A stretch of DNA of 64,000 nucleotides. Origin: Candidatus Micrarchaeia archaeon. GTDB taxonomy: Archaea > Micrarchaeota > Micrarchaeia > Anstonellales > J096. The notes under the pieces are model-generated. The model searched no databases. It had not been told where the DNA came from and saw nothing but the letters and a program-made list of their open reading frames with translations. The DNA lies in contig JBGQMY010000003.1 of the NCBI GenBank assembly GCA_041500865.1, forward strand, positions 6,728 through 70,727, given 5' to 3'. Below are positions 9,221-17,337 of this stretch, piece after piece. A program made the position numbers and the translations under genes. The stretch's first letter is position 1. Every line of letters begins with the position of its first letter.

Positions 9221-9396
9221 GTTCCTGAATCGGCTGAAAGGGTTTAAAATGCTTCCATGGCCGCGGCTTTGCCCCTGAACTTCCCTGATTAAGCGACTTT
9301 GGGTCCAGAGCCCATGGCGGCCCTGAAGCAAATGGCGGAAATGCCTTTGTTCCAATAAAAATAGGTATTAAAGCTTTCCGTTGCAATGCTAATAAG

Positions 9397-10122
9397 ATGG
9401 TCGAAAACGTAAAAATCGTGCTTTTCAAGGACATGAAGAAGATGGGGCTCAGCAGGCCCAAGTTCATAGTCGGCTTCCCGACAATCGGGCTTGTCGGCAG
9501 TATATCTCTTGCGTATCTTACCAGCACCATGGATTTTGAGTTTGTCGGAACCATAAAAAGCAGCAGGTTCGCGCCTGTAGTTGCGATACACGACCACAAG
9601 CCGATACCGCCATTAAGGATAATGGTGTCCAGCAAGAGCAACCTCGTTGCCATAGTTTCCGAAATGAGCATCCCGATGACGATGTCGCAGAGCGTGTCTG
9701 ATGCGATACTTTCGCTGTTCAAGGAGATGGACGGCGAGATGATAGTGGTCTTGGGCGGGATTTCGCTCGGGGAGAAAAAGGACGGGATTTATTACATTCC
9801 CTCGACAGACCGGGCAAAGGCCCTGTGCGAGACAAAGAAGGTCGGCGAAAGCATAAAGGAGGGCGCAACGACAGGCGTAACGGCATTATTGATTATGGAG
9901 ACCGCGATGAGGCGGATAAACGCAGTGACGCTTTTGGCAGAGGCAAACCCTGACATAAGCGACCCCAGGGCAAGCAGCAACATACTCAAGTCCCTTTCAA
10001 GGCTGATTGACCTGCCGATAAAGACGGCGGAATTGGACAGGGAGGCAAGGGAAATCAGCGAGCAGGTCAAGGAAACGGAGCTGAAGTCAGCGCCGTTCCG
10101 CGGCGGGGACATGTATCGCTAG
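9397..10122 (+). CDS. PAC2-family (proteasome-assembly-chaperone-like) protein
   Basis: 241 aa; 'FIVGFPTIGLVGSISLAYL' resembles PAC2 GxPGxGxVG motif. Confidence 0.45.
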   Translation: MVENVKIVLFKDMKKMGLSRPKFIVGFPTIGLVGSISLAYLTSTMDFEFVGTIKSSRFAPVVAIHDHKPIPPLRIMVSSKSNLVAIVSEMSIPMTMSQSVSDAILSLFKEMDGEMIVVLGGISLGEKKDGIYYIPSTDRAKALCETKKVGESIKEGATTGVTALLIMETAMRRINAVTLLAEANPDISDPRASSNILKSLSRLIDLPIKTAELDREAREISEQVKETELKSAPFRGGDMYR

Positions 10123-10154
10123 TGTCCCTTAATTCAAAGGAACTATTTTTTGCG

Positions 10155-10655
10155 CTATACGTTTATGAGCTTTAGTTGAACCTTGGCGTTTATGTTAATA
10201 CCTGACGGCACATCCAGCTTAGCCTGCACGAACCAAGGTATGGTTGAGGGATCGCGTATCTTGGATTTGAGAAAATTTGCCAATGGATTATCCGGCATAT
10301 CAATTGGGGCAAGGGAGAGCGAGGAAGGAACTGCTATGGAAAATGCGTACACATCCCCGTTGTTGTATATTTTTTCTCCCGAAATCTGTTGTGGAATCTC
10401 GTGAAAGATTTGGGGTGGTCTTCCCTTCCAAACCATCATTTCTCCATGAAAAATTATCTCCAAGCTACGGGCTTGCAGCGGTTTTGGCAGATTAAGATAA
10501 ATCTTGCCGTTGATATTCTGCCCTGGCTTGAATTCAAGGCTTTCAAGTTCAATTTTTATGCTGCCATTGTCGCCAAATCCAAACATGCTGCCACCCATTT
10601 TTATATTTACTCGGCCTGTTTTAAAATATGCCGTAATATCTAAATCAATGAGCAC
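10155..10655 (-). CDS. hypothetical protein
   Basis: 166-aa ORF in AT-richer island; no recognisable motif. Confidence 0.4.
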   Translation of the reverse strand: MLIDLDITAYFKTGRVNIKMGGSMFGFGDNGSIKIELESLEFKPGQNINGKIYLNLPKPLQARSLEIIFHGEMMVWKGRPPQIFHEIPQQISGEKIYNNGDVYAFSIAVPSSLSLAPIDMPDNPLANFLKSKIRDPSTIPWFVQAKLDVPSGININAKVQLKLINV

Positions 10656-10688
10656 ATAGTTTTTAAATAAGCGAAGATATATCTTATC

Positions 10689-11567
10689 ATGGAATTGGCA
10701 AAAGTCGATCAGATTTTGTTCGGGATAGTTTTTCTGGCAGGGAGCTTCATGTTTGTATTGATCTCCCTTTGTCTGACTTTATTACCAGGCGGCTATATCC
10801 TTAATTCGCTGCCTGAATGGGTTCTATTGGGAGCATTCTTTATTTTTTTTATCGAGGCAGTAGCATGGTGGCTAAAGGGAACCCTTGCCATGGACGAAGC
10901 AAAGCTTGAACAAAAGAGCGCCACCCTCTGGTCGCAGTTGGGCCGCTTTCGCCAATATTTGGATGCGTTTAGGGTCGTGATCACTTCAATATTACTCCTG
11001 ATAATTTTTGGCGTTGCTTTTTATTACATATTCAACAGTCTCAAATCAGGAATGGTCTTCAGAATCCAATTCTTTGTTTTGCTTGCGACATATGTCTTTT
11101 ATCTTGTCGTAAGGAGCCCGCTATTGTCATTTCTGGAAAAACTGTTTGCGCCAGCAAGCAAGATGTTCCGCGGCAACCTGCCAAGCTACACGTTGAATGG
11201 CAGTGGGCTGACAATAGATCTTAATATAAGGAATCTATGGGGCCCGTCAGAGAAATATCTGGTTAATATAAACTTTGATGAGCTTGATGAGATAAGGACA
11301 TTCACGTTCCAAGAAGCAAGCACATTCCTTAGATATAAGATAGGTCCTAATGCTGAACTACTGGCAAAGCAAGCAAAGGGCATGTACAGTTACATGAAAC
11401 ATGAGATACCGAGGCCATCAACCTATATAGTACACGCTACTTCAAGCATCGGCAAAATCGTATTGCTAAGGGGGCCTGAACTTCTTTATTTTGTCGCTTT
11501 TGACAAGGACGACGTCAGCGACCTTCTGGACGCTTTTGAAAAATACAAGAAAAAGGCAGGAAAGTAA
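10689..11567 (+). CDS. hypothetical membrane protein (4 N-terminal TM helices + soluble C-domain)
   Basis: 292 aa; hydrophobic N-terminal third; AT-richer than flanking DNA. Confidence 0.45.
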   Translation: MELAKVDQILFGIVFLAGSFMFVLISLCLTLLPGGYILNSLPEWVLLGAFFIFFIEAVAWWLKGTLAMDEAKLEQKSATLWSQLGRFRQYLDAFRVVITSILLLIIFGVAFYYIFNSLKSGMVFRIQFFVLLATYVFYLVVRSPLLSFLEKLFAPASKMFRGNLPSYTLNGSGLTIDLNIRNLWGPSEKYLVNINFDELDEIRTFTFQEASTFLRYKIGPNAELLAKQAKGMYSYMKHEIPRPSTYIVHATSSIGKIVLLRGPELLYFVAFDKDDVSDLLDAFEKYKKKAGK

Positions 11568-11675
11568 GGTTTTGCATGCAAAGCCCCAACTAGGGGACAT
11601 GTACCGTTAGGCCTTGTTTGAATCAGCTTAAAAAAGAAAGAACTGGGTATCAAGAACACCTGCTTGGTTATTCTG

Positions 11676-12779
11676 TCATACGGCTAATTCCTTGGCAAAT
11701 AGCCTATTGAATCTTTCCACGACTCTTTTCCTGAAATTATAGCTATTTGCAAATCTGGCATAAGCAAGCCAGCCTTCCAGGCTTTTCACTATTTCTTCCC
11801 TGTTCATCTCTCCTTTATCGCATTTCCGTTTGAACATGTCAAGGCGCTCCCAGATTCTTCTGGCATTGCTCTTCTTGAGAAGCCGGTACCCATGAAAAAT
11901 CCTGAAGCCAAGAAATGCTATGCCCCGTTCCAATGGAATAATGCTGGACTTTTCAGGATGGAGCCTTATCTTGAGCCGGTATGCCAGAAACTCGCTTATT
12001 TCAGCGTTCCACATTTCAAGCATTTTCCTGTCCCTGTGCAGAATCACGAAATCATCCACATAGCGGATGTAATATCTGGCCCCAAGCCGCTCCTTTGCAA
12101 AATGGTCGAATCCGTTCAGGTATAGATTGGCAAAGAATTGCGAGGTCAGGTTTCCAAGGGGCATCCCTTTCCCATGAACTTCAGCTTTGTGGTTTGCCAA
12201 TATCATTCTTACCAATTGCATAATATCCGGATCCTTTATTTTACGGCTAATCATCTCCAATAGGATTTCATGTTCAACTGTCGCAAAATAATGCAGAATG
12301 TCCGCCTTGAGGGCATATCCGCAGCAAACGGATTCTTCATCGCTAGGCTCTTTTTCTGCTTTTGGCTTGCAGAAAGAGACCGCGCGCATGAACCGCTCCA
12401 GTCTCCGTATCGCATTATGCGTTCCCTTGCCTTTCCTGTTGGCAAATGAGTCAAAGATGAAATCCTTTTCAAAAATGGGCATTATGACGTTGCATAATGC
12501 ATGGTGCACAACGCGGTCCCTGAAATGGGACGCGCTTATTTTTCTGGTCTTTGGGTCCCTTACGAGGAATACAGTTGGCGGGCGAGGCGAATAGGCAAAT
12601 GCCTTCAGCTCGGATTCCAATTGCCTGAGATTATTTTCAAGATTGGATTCGAACTCAATTACATAATCCTTCAGCGTTTTCCTTTTTCTGGCTTTCTGAA
12701 ATGCAAGCTTAAGGTTTTCATAGGAGCAAACCTGCGGATAAAGATGCCTGTAGGATTTCATGGGTTTCGCCAAGCGCAC
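11676..12779 (-). CDS. diversity-generating retroelement (DGR) reverse transcriptase
   Basis: 367 aa; RT motifs incl. DGR-specific 'LGNLTSQFFANLYLNGFD' (replaces QG of intron RTs) and 'YIRYVDDFVI' (YxDD); TR lies immediately 5'; GTG at 12779 or ATG at 12761. Confidence 0.85.
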   Translation of the reverse strand: MRLAKPMKSYRHLYPQVCSYENLKLAFQKARKRKTLKDYVIEFESNLENNLRQLESELKAFAYSPRPPTVFLVRDPKTRKISASHFRDRVVHHALCNVIMPIFEKDFIFDSFANRKGKGTHNAIRRLERFMRAVSFCKPKAEKEPSDEESVCCGYALKADILHYFATVEHEILLEMISRKIKDPDIMQLVRMILANHKAEVHGKGMPLGNLTSQFFANLYLNGFDHFAKERLGARYYIRYVDDFVILHRDRKMLEMWNAEISEFLAYRLKIRLHPEKSSIIPLERGIAFLGFRIFHGYRLLKKSNARRIWERLDMFKRKCDKGEMNREEIVKSLEGWLAYARFANSYNFRKRVVERFNRLFAKELAV

Positions 12780-12790
12780 AGATAAATGCC

Positions 12791-13050
12791 CCTAGGGTGC
12801 AAGCCCAAGTCATTCCGAACGCATTGGACGGCCTGTAGTTCGCGTTGACGTTCTGCCTGTTGTTGCCGTTGTTGTTGACGTTGCGGACCAGAAGGCCTCA
12901 AGAGTAACCCGTCTGCCACAATGGCACTTTCGTGCCAACACCGCCGCTTCACGCTTTCAATCCATGATTTACTCAATGTCGCGGCTGAATCCCATGTCTG
13001 GCTTTAACCAGCACTGCAGACAGGTGTGTGGCCTAGGCTTGCACCCTAGG
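12791..13050. repeat. 15-bp perfect inverted repeats (cctagggtgcaagcc / ggcttgcaccctagg) bracketing TR plus ~135-nt spacer
   Basis: 12791-12805 is the exact reverse complement of 13036-13050; could form a long-range stem enclosing the TR RNA. Confidence 0.5.
12809..12898 (-). repeat. DGR template repeat (TR)
   Basis: ~90 nt homologous to 13315..13404; coding-strand reads …CGC AAC GTC AAC AAC AAC GGC AAC AAC AGG CAG AAC GTC AAC GCG AAC TAC…; all differences from VR are at TR adenines. Confidence 0.75.
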
Positions 13051-13076
13051 AATAGGGAAAAGGATGGAAAGCTTAT

Positions 13077-13988
13077 TTAAAGCGCTTTCCCTACCGCATC
13101 CAGGAATTCCCTGATTGGCGCTACGATCTGGGCGTCGATTATGCCAGGCATCCTGCCAACAGCGCTTACAGCCCTATTATATGCGGCTTTCAGCTCATCA
13201 GCCGAGATGCCGGGCACTTTGATAATCGTCTCTTTTTCAGCCGGTTTTCCTGACTGAACATTAGAGGCAAGAAGCGCCTGGATTTTTTCGGTGTCCCCTT
13301 CGGGGACTTCCAACGCCACCCCGAACGCACCGGACGGCCCGAAGTACGCGTAGACGCCCTGCCTGCCGTAGCCGAGGTCGTCGACGACGCGGACCAGAAG
13401 GCCCACATATGAAGAACCATTCAGCCTCCAAAGATATCTTGCATCCGGGCTTTGCGGCACCTTGTCTCCATGCGGAACGCCTGTTTCCTTATGCGGCATG
13501 TACAAGCCATCAGGACCTGGGAATTCTGGAACCGGTATCAGCCTGTCTTTTGAAATGTCCAAAACCATTGAATCTCCGTCTTTCTGGAAATCTTTTGAGG
13601 TTAGACCCAGTGCCACAAGCGCAACGTTCTTTTCGCCCTTATAATCCCCTGTTGTCGGCAAAACTATCCTTGAACCGTCTCCTGCGGAAAAGACTATCTC
13701 CTTTCCCAGTCTAACGCCTGGCTTTTCATAGGCGATTGAGGCGTCAACAGCGAAAGGCGTCATTGGAACCAAGCTTCTCCATGTCGCTCCAACGTTAAGC
13801 GCAACATCCGCTGTGTTATGGGATATGACTAGGCAATTGGTTCCATGCACATTGTTGAATTCCTCAACTAAAGGATGGGCATCAAAAAGCTTTGTTGTTC
13901 CGCTGTTCCTTAGAATCAGTATGTTCTTCTTTTGTCCGTTAGCCTCTAACTTTATCAGTTCCTTTCCAGCAATTTGGATTTGTGACAT
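13077..13988 (-). CDS. DGR target protein (variable protein; uncharacterised family, paralog of 59364..60158)
   Basis: 303 aa; contains the VR at aa ~196-225 (…VRVVDDLGYGRQGVYAYFGPSGAFG…); adjacent to TR-RT on same strand. Confidence 0.75.
   Translation of the reverse strand: MSQIQIAGKELIKLEANGQKKNILILRNSGTTKLFDAHPLVEEFNNVHGTNCLVISHNTADVALNVGATWRSLVPMTPFAVDASIAYEKPGVRLGKEIVFSAGDGSRIVLPTTGDYKGEKNVALVALGLTSKDFQKDGDSMVLDISKDRLIPVPEFPGPDGLYMPHKETGVPHGDKVPQSPDARYLWRLNGSSYVGLLVRVVDDLGYGRQGVYAYFGPSGAFGVALEVPEGDTEKIQALLASNVQSGKPAEKETIIKVPGISADELKAAYNRAVSAVGRMPGIIDAQIVAPIREFLDAVGKAL
13293..13307 (-). promoter_or_regulatory. GC hairpin 7 nt downstream of VR 3' end (IMH-associated stem-loop)
   Basis: gtcccc-ttc-ggggac: 6-bp GC stem, 3-nt loop, positioned as in characterised DGRs. 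Confidence 0.5.
13315..13404 (-). repeat. DGR variable repeat (VR) inside target gene
   Basis: Matches TR except ~20 positions, each where TR coding strand has A (TR AAC -> VR GTC/GAC/CTC/TAC/GGC/TTC codons). Confidence 0.75.
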
Positions 13989-14097
13989 ACGATATATTGG
14001 GAACCAAAGGATTTAAAAAACACACCTTTTAACACAAGATTACACATAGATGCCGCTGTTAGAAAAACTAATAAACCTACCCCTAACATAAGCCTAT

Positions 14098-14679
14098 ATG
14101 TCCAAACCGATAAAGGGAACACAGACGGAAAAGAACCTTCTCAAGGCATTTGCCGGCGAATCCCAGGCAAGGAACAGGTACACGTTCTTCGCGTCCGAGG
14201 CAAGGAAAGCCAATTATGAGCAGATATCCGCGATATTCCTTGAGACCGCAGAAAACGAGAAGGAGCACGCAAAAGTATTTTTCAAATACCTGGAAGGCGG
14301 GGATACTAAGATAACTGCGACTTATCCTGCAGGAAGGATAGGCACGACCGCGGAGAACCTGCTTGAGGCGGCAGACGGCGAGAAGCTAGAATGGGGCACG
14401 CTATACCCGGAGTTCGAGAAAGTCGCAAGGCAGGAAGGCTTTCCGGACGTTGCAAGCTCGTTCAAGGAGATAGCCGAAGTCGAGATGCACCACGAGCAGA
14501 GGTACAGGGCGCTGCTGGACAACATCAAGACCGGCGCGGTGTTCAAGAGGAAAGGGGACGCCGTGAGGTGGAAGTGCAGGAACTGCGGCTACATCCACGA
14601 AGGGCCCGAGGCGCCAAACCAGTGCCCGGCATGCAAGCATCCGCAGGCGTATTACGAGCTGCTGTGCGACAACTTTTAG
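14098..14679 (+). CDS. rbr: rubrerythrin (ferritin-like diiron domain + C-terminal rubredoxin CxxC…CxxC)
   Basis: [11 protein letters not shown]…EHAK…EMHHEQRY diiron ligands; C-terminal CRNCGY…CPACKHP. Confidence 0.85.
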   Translation: MSKPIKGTQTEKNLLKAFAGESQARNRYTFFASEARKANYEQISAIFLETAENEKEHAKVFFKYLEGGDTKITATYPAGRIGTTAENLLEAADGEKLEWGTLYPEFEKVARQEGFPDVASSFKEIAEVEMHHEQRYRALLDNIKTGAVFKRKGDAVRWKCRNCGYIHEGPEAPNQCPACKHPQAYYELLCDNF

Positions 14680-14684
14680 ATTTT

Positions 14685-15179
14685 TCAGTTTAGCAGGAAC
14701 ACTGCCGCGTTCAGCAGCGCGGCAAAAGACACCCAAGCAATGTAAGGAGCCAGCAAAAGCCCGGCCGTCTTGGACACCTTATTGAATTCATTTATCGTCA
14801 TTGCGATTGAAGCCCAAAGCGCGATGATGCACAAAAGGCCCAGAAGCGGGGAATGCATGCCGAAGAAAAGGACAGACCATAAGACGTTAAGGATTAGCTG
14901 GACTGCAAATGCCGCCATGGCGCTTTTGGTTTCACGCGTTTTCCGTTCCATGAAAACCAGGTATGCGGCAATGCCCATCAGGATATATAGGATTGTCCAA
15001 ACAGGCCCGAAGACCCAATTTGGAGGCGAGAAGAACGGCTTGTTGAGGCCGGCATACCAGCCTGTTATTGAGGGAAACGTGAAGATTGGGCCGATTGCGC
15101 CTGCAATTAAGCAAACAACAACAAAAGCAACGGCGATTGCGGTGTCCCTTGCGTCCATGGCTGGCTTTCTGCTCAGCAT
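14685..15179 (-). CDS. tspO: TspO/MBR family membrane protein
   Basis: GWYAGLNKPFFSPPNWVFGPVWTILYILMGIAAY signature; start trimmed to Met16 to avoid overlap with tRNA-Leu. Confidence 0.65.
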   Translation of the reverse strand: MLSRKPAMDARDTAIAVAFVVVCLIAGAIGPIFTFPSITGWYAGLNKPFFSPPNWVFGPVWTILYILMGIAAYLVFMERKTRETKSAMAAFAVQLILNVLWSVLFFGMHSPLLGLLCIIALWASIAMTINEFNKVSKTAGLLLAPYIAWVSFAALLNAAVFLLN

Positions 15180-15210
15180 TTTAAAATACCTTCCAAACAC
15201 CATTTGGTAC

Positions 15211-15295
15211 GCAGGGGTTGCCAAGCCCGGTCAAAGGCGCGGGACTTAAGATCCCGTCTCTCAGGAGTTCGTGGGTTCAAATCCCACCCCCTGCA
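15211..15295 (+). tRNA. tRNA-Leu (anticodon TAA), long variable arm
   Basis: GCAGGGG-TT-GCCAAGCCCGGTCAAAGGC-G-CGGGA-CTTAAGA-TCCCG-TCTCTCAGGAGTTC-GTGGGTTCAAATCCCAC-CCCCTGC-A. Confidence 0.85.
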
Positions 15296-15296
15296 T

Positions 15297-15377
15297 TCGC
15301 ACCGGCTCATGCAGTGGCTGGTTTGGAGCTTCGGCTCCAAATCCCTCCAACCGTCCGCGGTTGAAGGTCCCACCCCC
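15297..15377 (+). pseudogene. tRNA-like remnant: partial duplicate of tRNA-Leu acceptor/T-arm with a UUCG hairpin replacing D/anticodon arms
   Basis: …GCAGTGG…TTGGAGC-TTCG-GCTCCAA…GGTTGAAGGTCCCACCCCCTGCA repeats the tRNA-Leu 3' end (GGGTTCAAATCCCACCCCCTGCA) 60 nt downstream. Confidence 0.35.
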
Positions 15378-15425
15378 TGCATAATTTTTTAAACTGGTTA
15401 AACCGAAAGATTCACTGGGGATGCA

Positions 15426-16001
15426 ATGGAACTCACGCTGATGCTTTTTTTGATTGCTGTAATCGTAATCAACGCCATCCCCGCATTCATGCCGCCAACG
15501 TGGGTATTGCTGGCGTATTATTCCAGGGGCAGCGGCGTGGACCTGCTGGTGCTTGCCGTGCTTGGCGCAGTTTGCTCGACAATCGGCAGAATCGTGCTTG
15601 CCAAGTGGTCCGGCCCGGTCACGTACCGCTTCTTCAGCAAGTCCATGGCCAGAAACGCAGAATTCGCGCATGAAGAAGCGGCGAAGCATCCGGGCGCGGA
15701 ATTCGTAAGCTCCTTTGTCTATGCCCTCAGCCCATTGCCGAGCAATACGGTATTCATCGTTACAGGCGCTGCAAATCTCAGGCTTCTTCCGATTGCAGGG
15801 GGCTTTTTTGCAGGGCGCGTAATCTCGTATTACCTGATTATGAATTTGGTGCGCTTTTCAATGTACCAGCTTGGTAGGATGTTTTCATTCTACGACCCTA
15901 CCGCATGGGTTCTGGACTTTCTCGGGATTGCGCTCTCCTTGCTGGTCTTCACAATAGACTGGAGGGGCCTGCTCCAGAGAAAACCCGGAAAAAAAGCTTG
16001 A
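15426..16001 (+). CDS. DedA/SNARE-associated-like membrane protein
   Basis: 191 aa, multiple TM helices; 'VTGAANLRLLPIAGGFFAGRVISY' resembles DedA core. Confidence 0.4.
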   Translation: MELTLMLFLIAVIVINAIPAFMPPTWVLLAYYSRGSGVDLLVLAVLGAVCSTIGRIVLAKWSGPVTYRFFSKSMARNAEFAHEEAAKHPGAEFVSSFVYALSPLPSNTVFIVTGAANLRLLPIAGGFFAGRVISYYLIMNLVRFSMYQLGRMFSFYDPTAWVLDFLGIALSLLVFTIDWRGLLQRKPGKKA

Positions 16002-16084
16002 GGCTTTTTGACAGGGAAGTTAAGCCGGCAAAGGGCGTCATTACGGCAAACAGCCACAAGGAACTTGTTGAGGCGCTTGAAAAA

Positions 16085-17119
16085 TCAGGAATTGGACTCA
16101 ATCAGCGAAACCAGGTTCCGGATTCCGTTCATCTTCTTGCCCGTGCGGTAGAAGACGTCAAGGTTCCGCCTGAGCCTCCTTGCCTTCTCTATGGCCATTG
16201 AAAGGCTGTACTCGTTGAGGCTGGACTGCTCCAGGTATTCGCCGATGCCAAGCTCTTTCACCATCCTGCAGTTGTTCACCCTCTCCGGATACCTTGGATT
16301 TGGGATGCAGACCATGGGCTTGCGCGCCATTATGCTTTCCATTATGCCGGTGTGGCCGCCGTGCAGGACGTTGAGCATGCTGCCGCCTACGAACTCACGG
16401 ACGTTTTCAACGTATATCAGGTTGCCCTCGCGCGGCCTGCTGCCGCGCATGATGAAATTGTAGTCCTTCATCCGCTTCGCGACTTCAGCTATGCCGCTTT
16501 CGGTGTTGAAGCCGGCGCCCAGGTTCAGCACGATTGAGCTGTTCTTCACCTTCCTTATGCTTGAAAGGTCCACCATCGGGCCAAGGAACTCCGCCGTCTT
16601 CGGAAGGTTGTGGTGGATGTTTTTCGCGCATATGGCATAAGGCAAGGGAAAATCCGGAACTGCAACGATGTTGGAGCTTGAGAACGCGGACGAAAAGAAC
16701 TTGTCCAGCCCCTTGACAAGCGCCTTCTGCATGCCTGAAAAGAACACGGAGTTGTCCGTGTTGTTTGAAACGAAGATGACCTTCTTTTTCAGCATGGTTG
16801 ACAGCATCAGGCCGAACATTGAGGAGTCAATGACAACCAAGTCCGCGCCCTCAATCGCCTTTTTCGCTGTGTCAATCGTTTTCGGGTCAAAGCGCTTGAC
16901 GATTTCAGCTATGGAGGCTGTCACGTCCAGGCCCTCCTGGCCGAGCTTTATGTCATACGGCTGCTCGACGTCAATAACGTCCACATGGCCCTCCTTCAGG
17001 TATTCGGAGCCCTGGCCGTAGCTTAGCACGCTGCCCCCTGTCCTGCTTATGACAGGCAGCATCCTCGCGGCATGGCCGTAGCCGAGGCCTTCCACTATAA
17101 ATGAAACGTTCTTCGGCAT
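16085..17119 (-). CDS. GT-B fold glycosyltransferase (MurG/UDP-glycosyltransferase-like)
   Basis: C-terminal 'VLHGGHTGIMESIMARKPMVCIP' nucleotide-sugar binding motif; start trimmed to MPKNVSFIVEG. Confidence 0.6.
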   Translation of the reverse strand: MPKNVSFIVEGLGYGHAARMLPVISRTGGSVLSYGQGSEYLKEGHVDVIDVEQPYDIKLGQEGLDVTASIAEIVKRFDPKTIDTAKKAIEGADLVVIDSSMFGLMLSTMLKKKVIFVSNNTDNSVFFSGMQKALVKGLDKFFSSAFSSSNIVAVPDFPLPYAICAKNIHHNLPKTAEFLGPMVDLSSIRKVKNSSIVLNLGAGFNTESGIAEVAKRMKDYNFIMRGSRPREGNLIYVENVREFVGGSMLNVLHGGHTGIMESIMARKPMVCIPNPRYPERVNNCRMVKELGIGEYLEQSSLNEYSLSMAIEKARRLRRNLDVFYRTGKKMNGIRNLVSLIESNS

Positions 17120-17224
17120 GAGAAATTGACCCGTAGCCATGTCTGCCTGGTGTTTTAAAAAGAATTGCGGCATCGGATTAGGTTTTTAAATGCTTTACCC
17201 AAAATGTCCCTTAGCTGGGCTTGT

Positions 17225-17324
17225 GGGCTCGTAGCTCAGTCGGTAGAGCGACGGTCTTATATGGCGCGTTCTAGCACAAACCTAAGTTAGCCGTAGGTCC
17301 TGGGTTCAAGTCCCAGCGGGCCCA
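17225..17324 (+). tRNA. intron-containing tRNA, apparent anticodon TAT (Ile)
   Basis: GGGCTCG-TA-GCTCAGTCGGTAGAGC-G-ACGGT-CTTATA-[~27-nt intron]-A-GCCGT-AGGTC-CTGGGTTCAAGTCCCAG-CGGGCCC-A. Confidence 0.7.
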
Positions 17325-17337
17325 CTTTTTCAATTTT

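Noticed and set aside
12758-12976. 72-aa ORF overlapping the TR (Gln/Arg-rich)
   Set aside because: Lies within the TR/spacer on the same strand as the RT with no start context. Composition is driven by the AAC/GTT-rich repeat; considered non-coding.
11560-13070. Group II intron (RT/maturase ORF with flanking ribozyme domains)
   Set aside because: The RT has the DGR-specific LGNLTSQFF motif instead of an intron-type QG motif. The ~300 nt 5' of the ORF is too short for domains I-III and instead contains the TR, which is homologous to the neighbouring gene with adenine-specific mismatches. No convincing domain V hairpin 3' of the ORF.
15297-15377. Large integrated element bounded by tRNA-Leu 3'-end direct repeats
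   Set aside because: The two copies are only ~60 nt apart, leaving no room for an element. Retained only as a possible scar or tRNA-like remnant.
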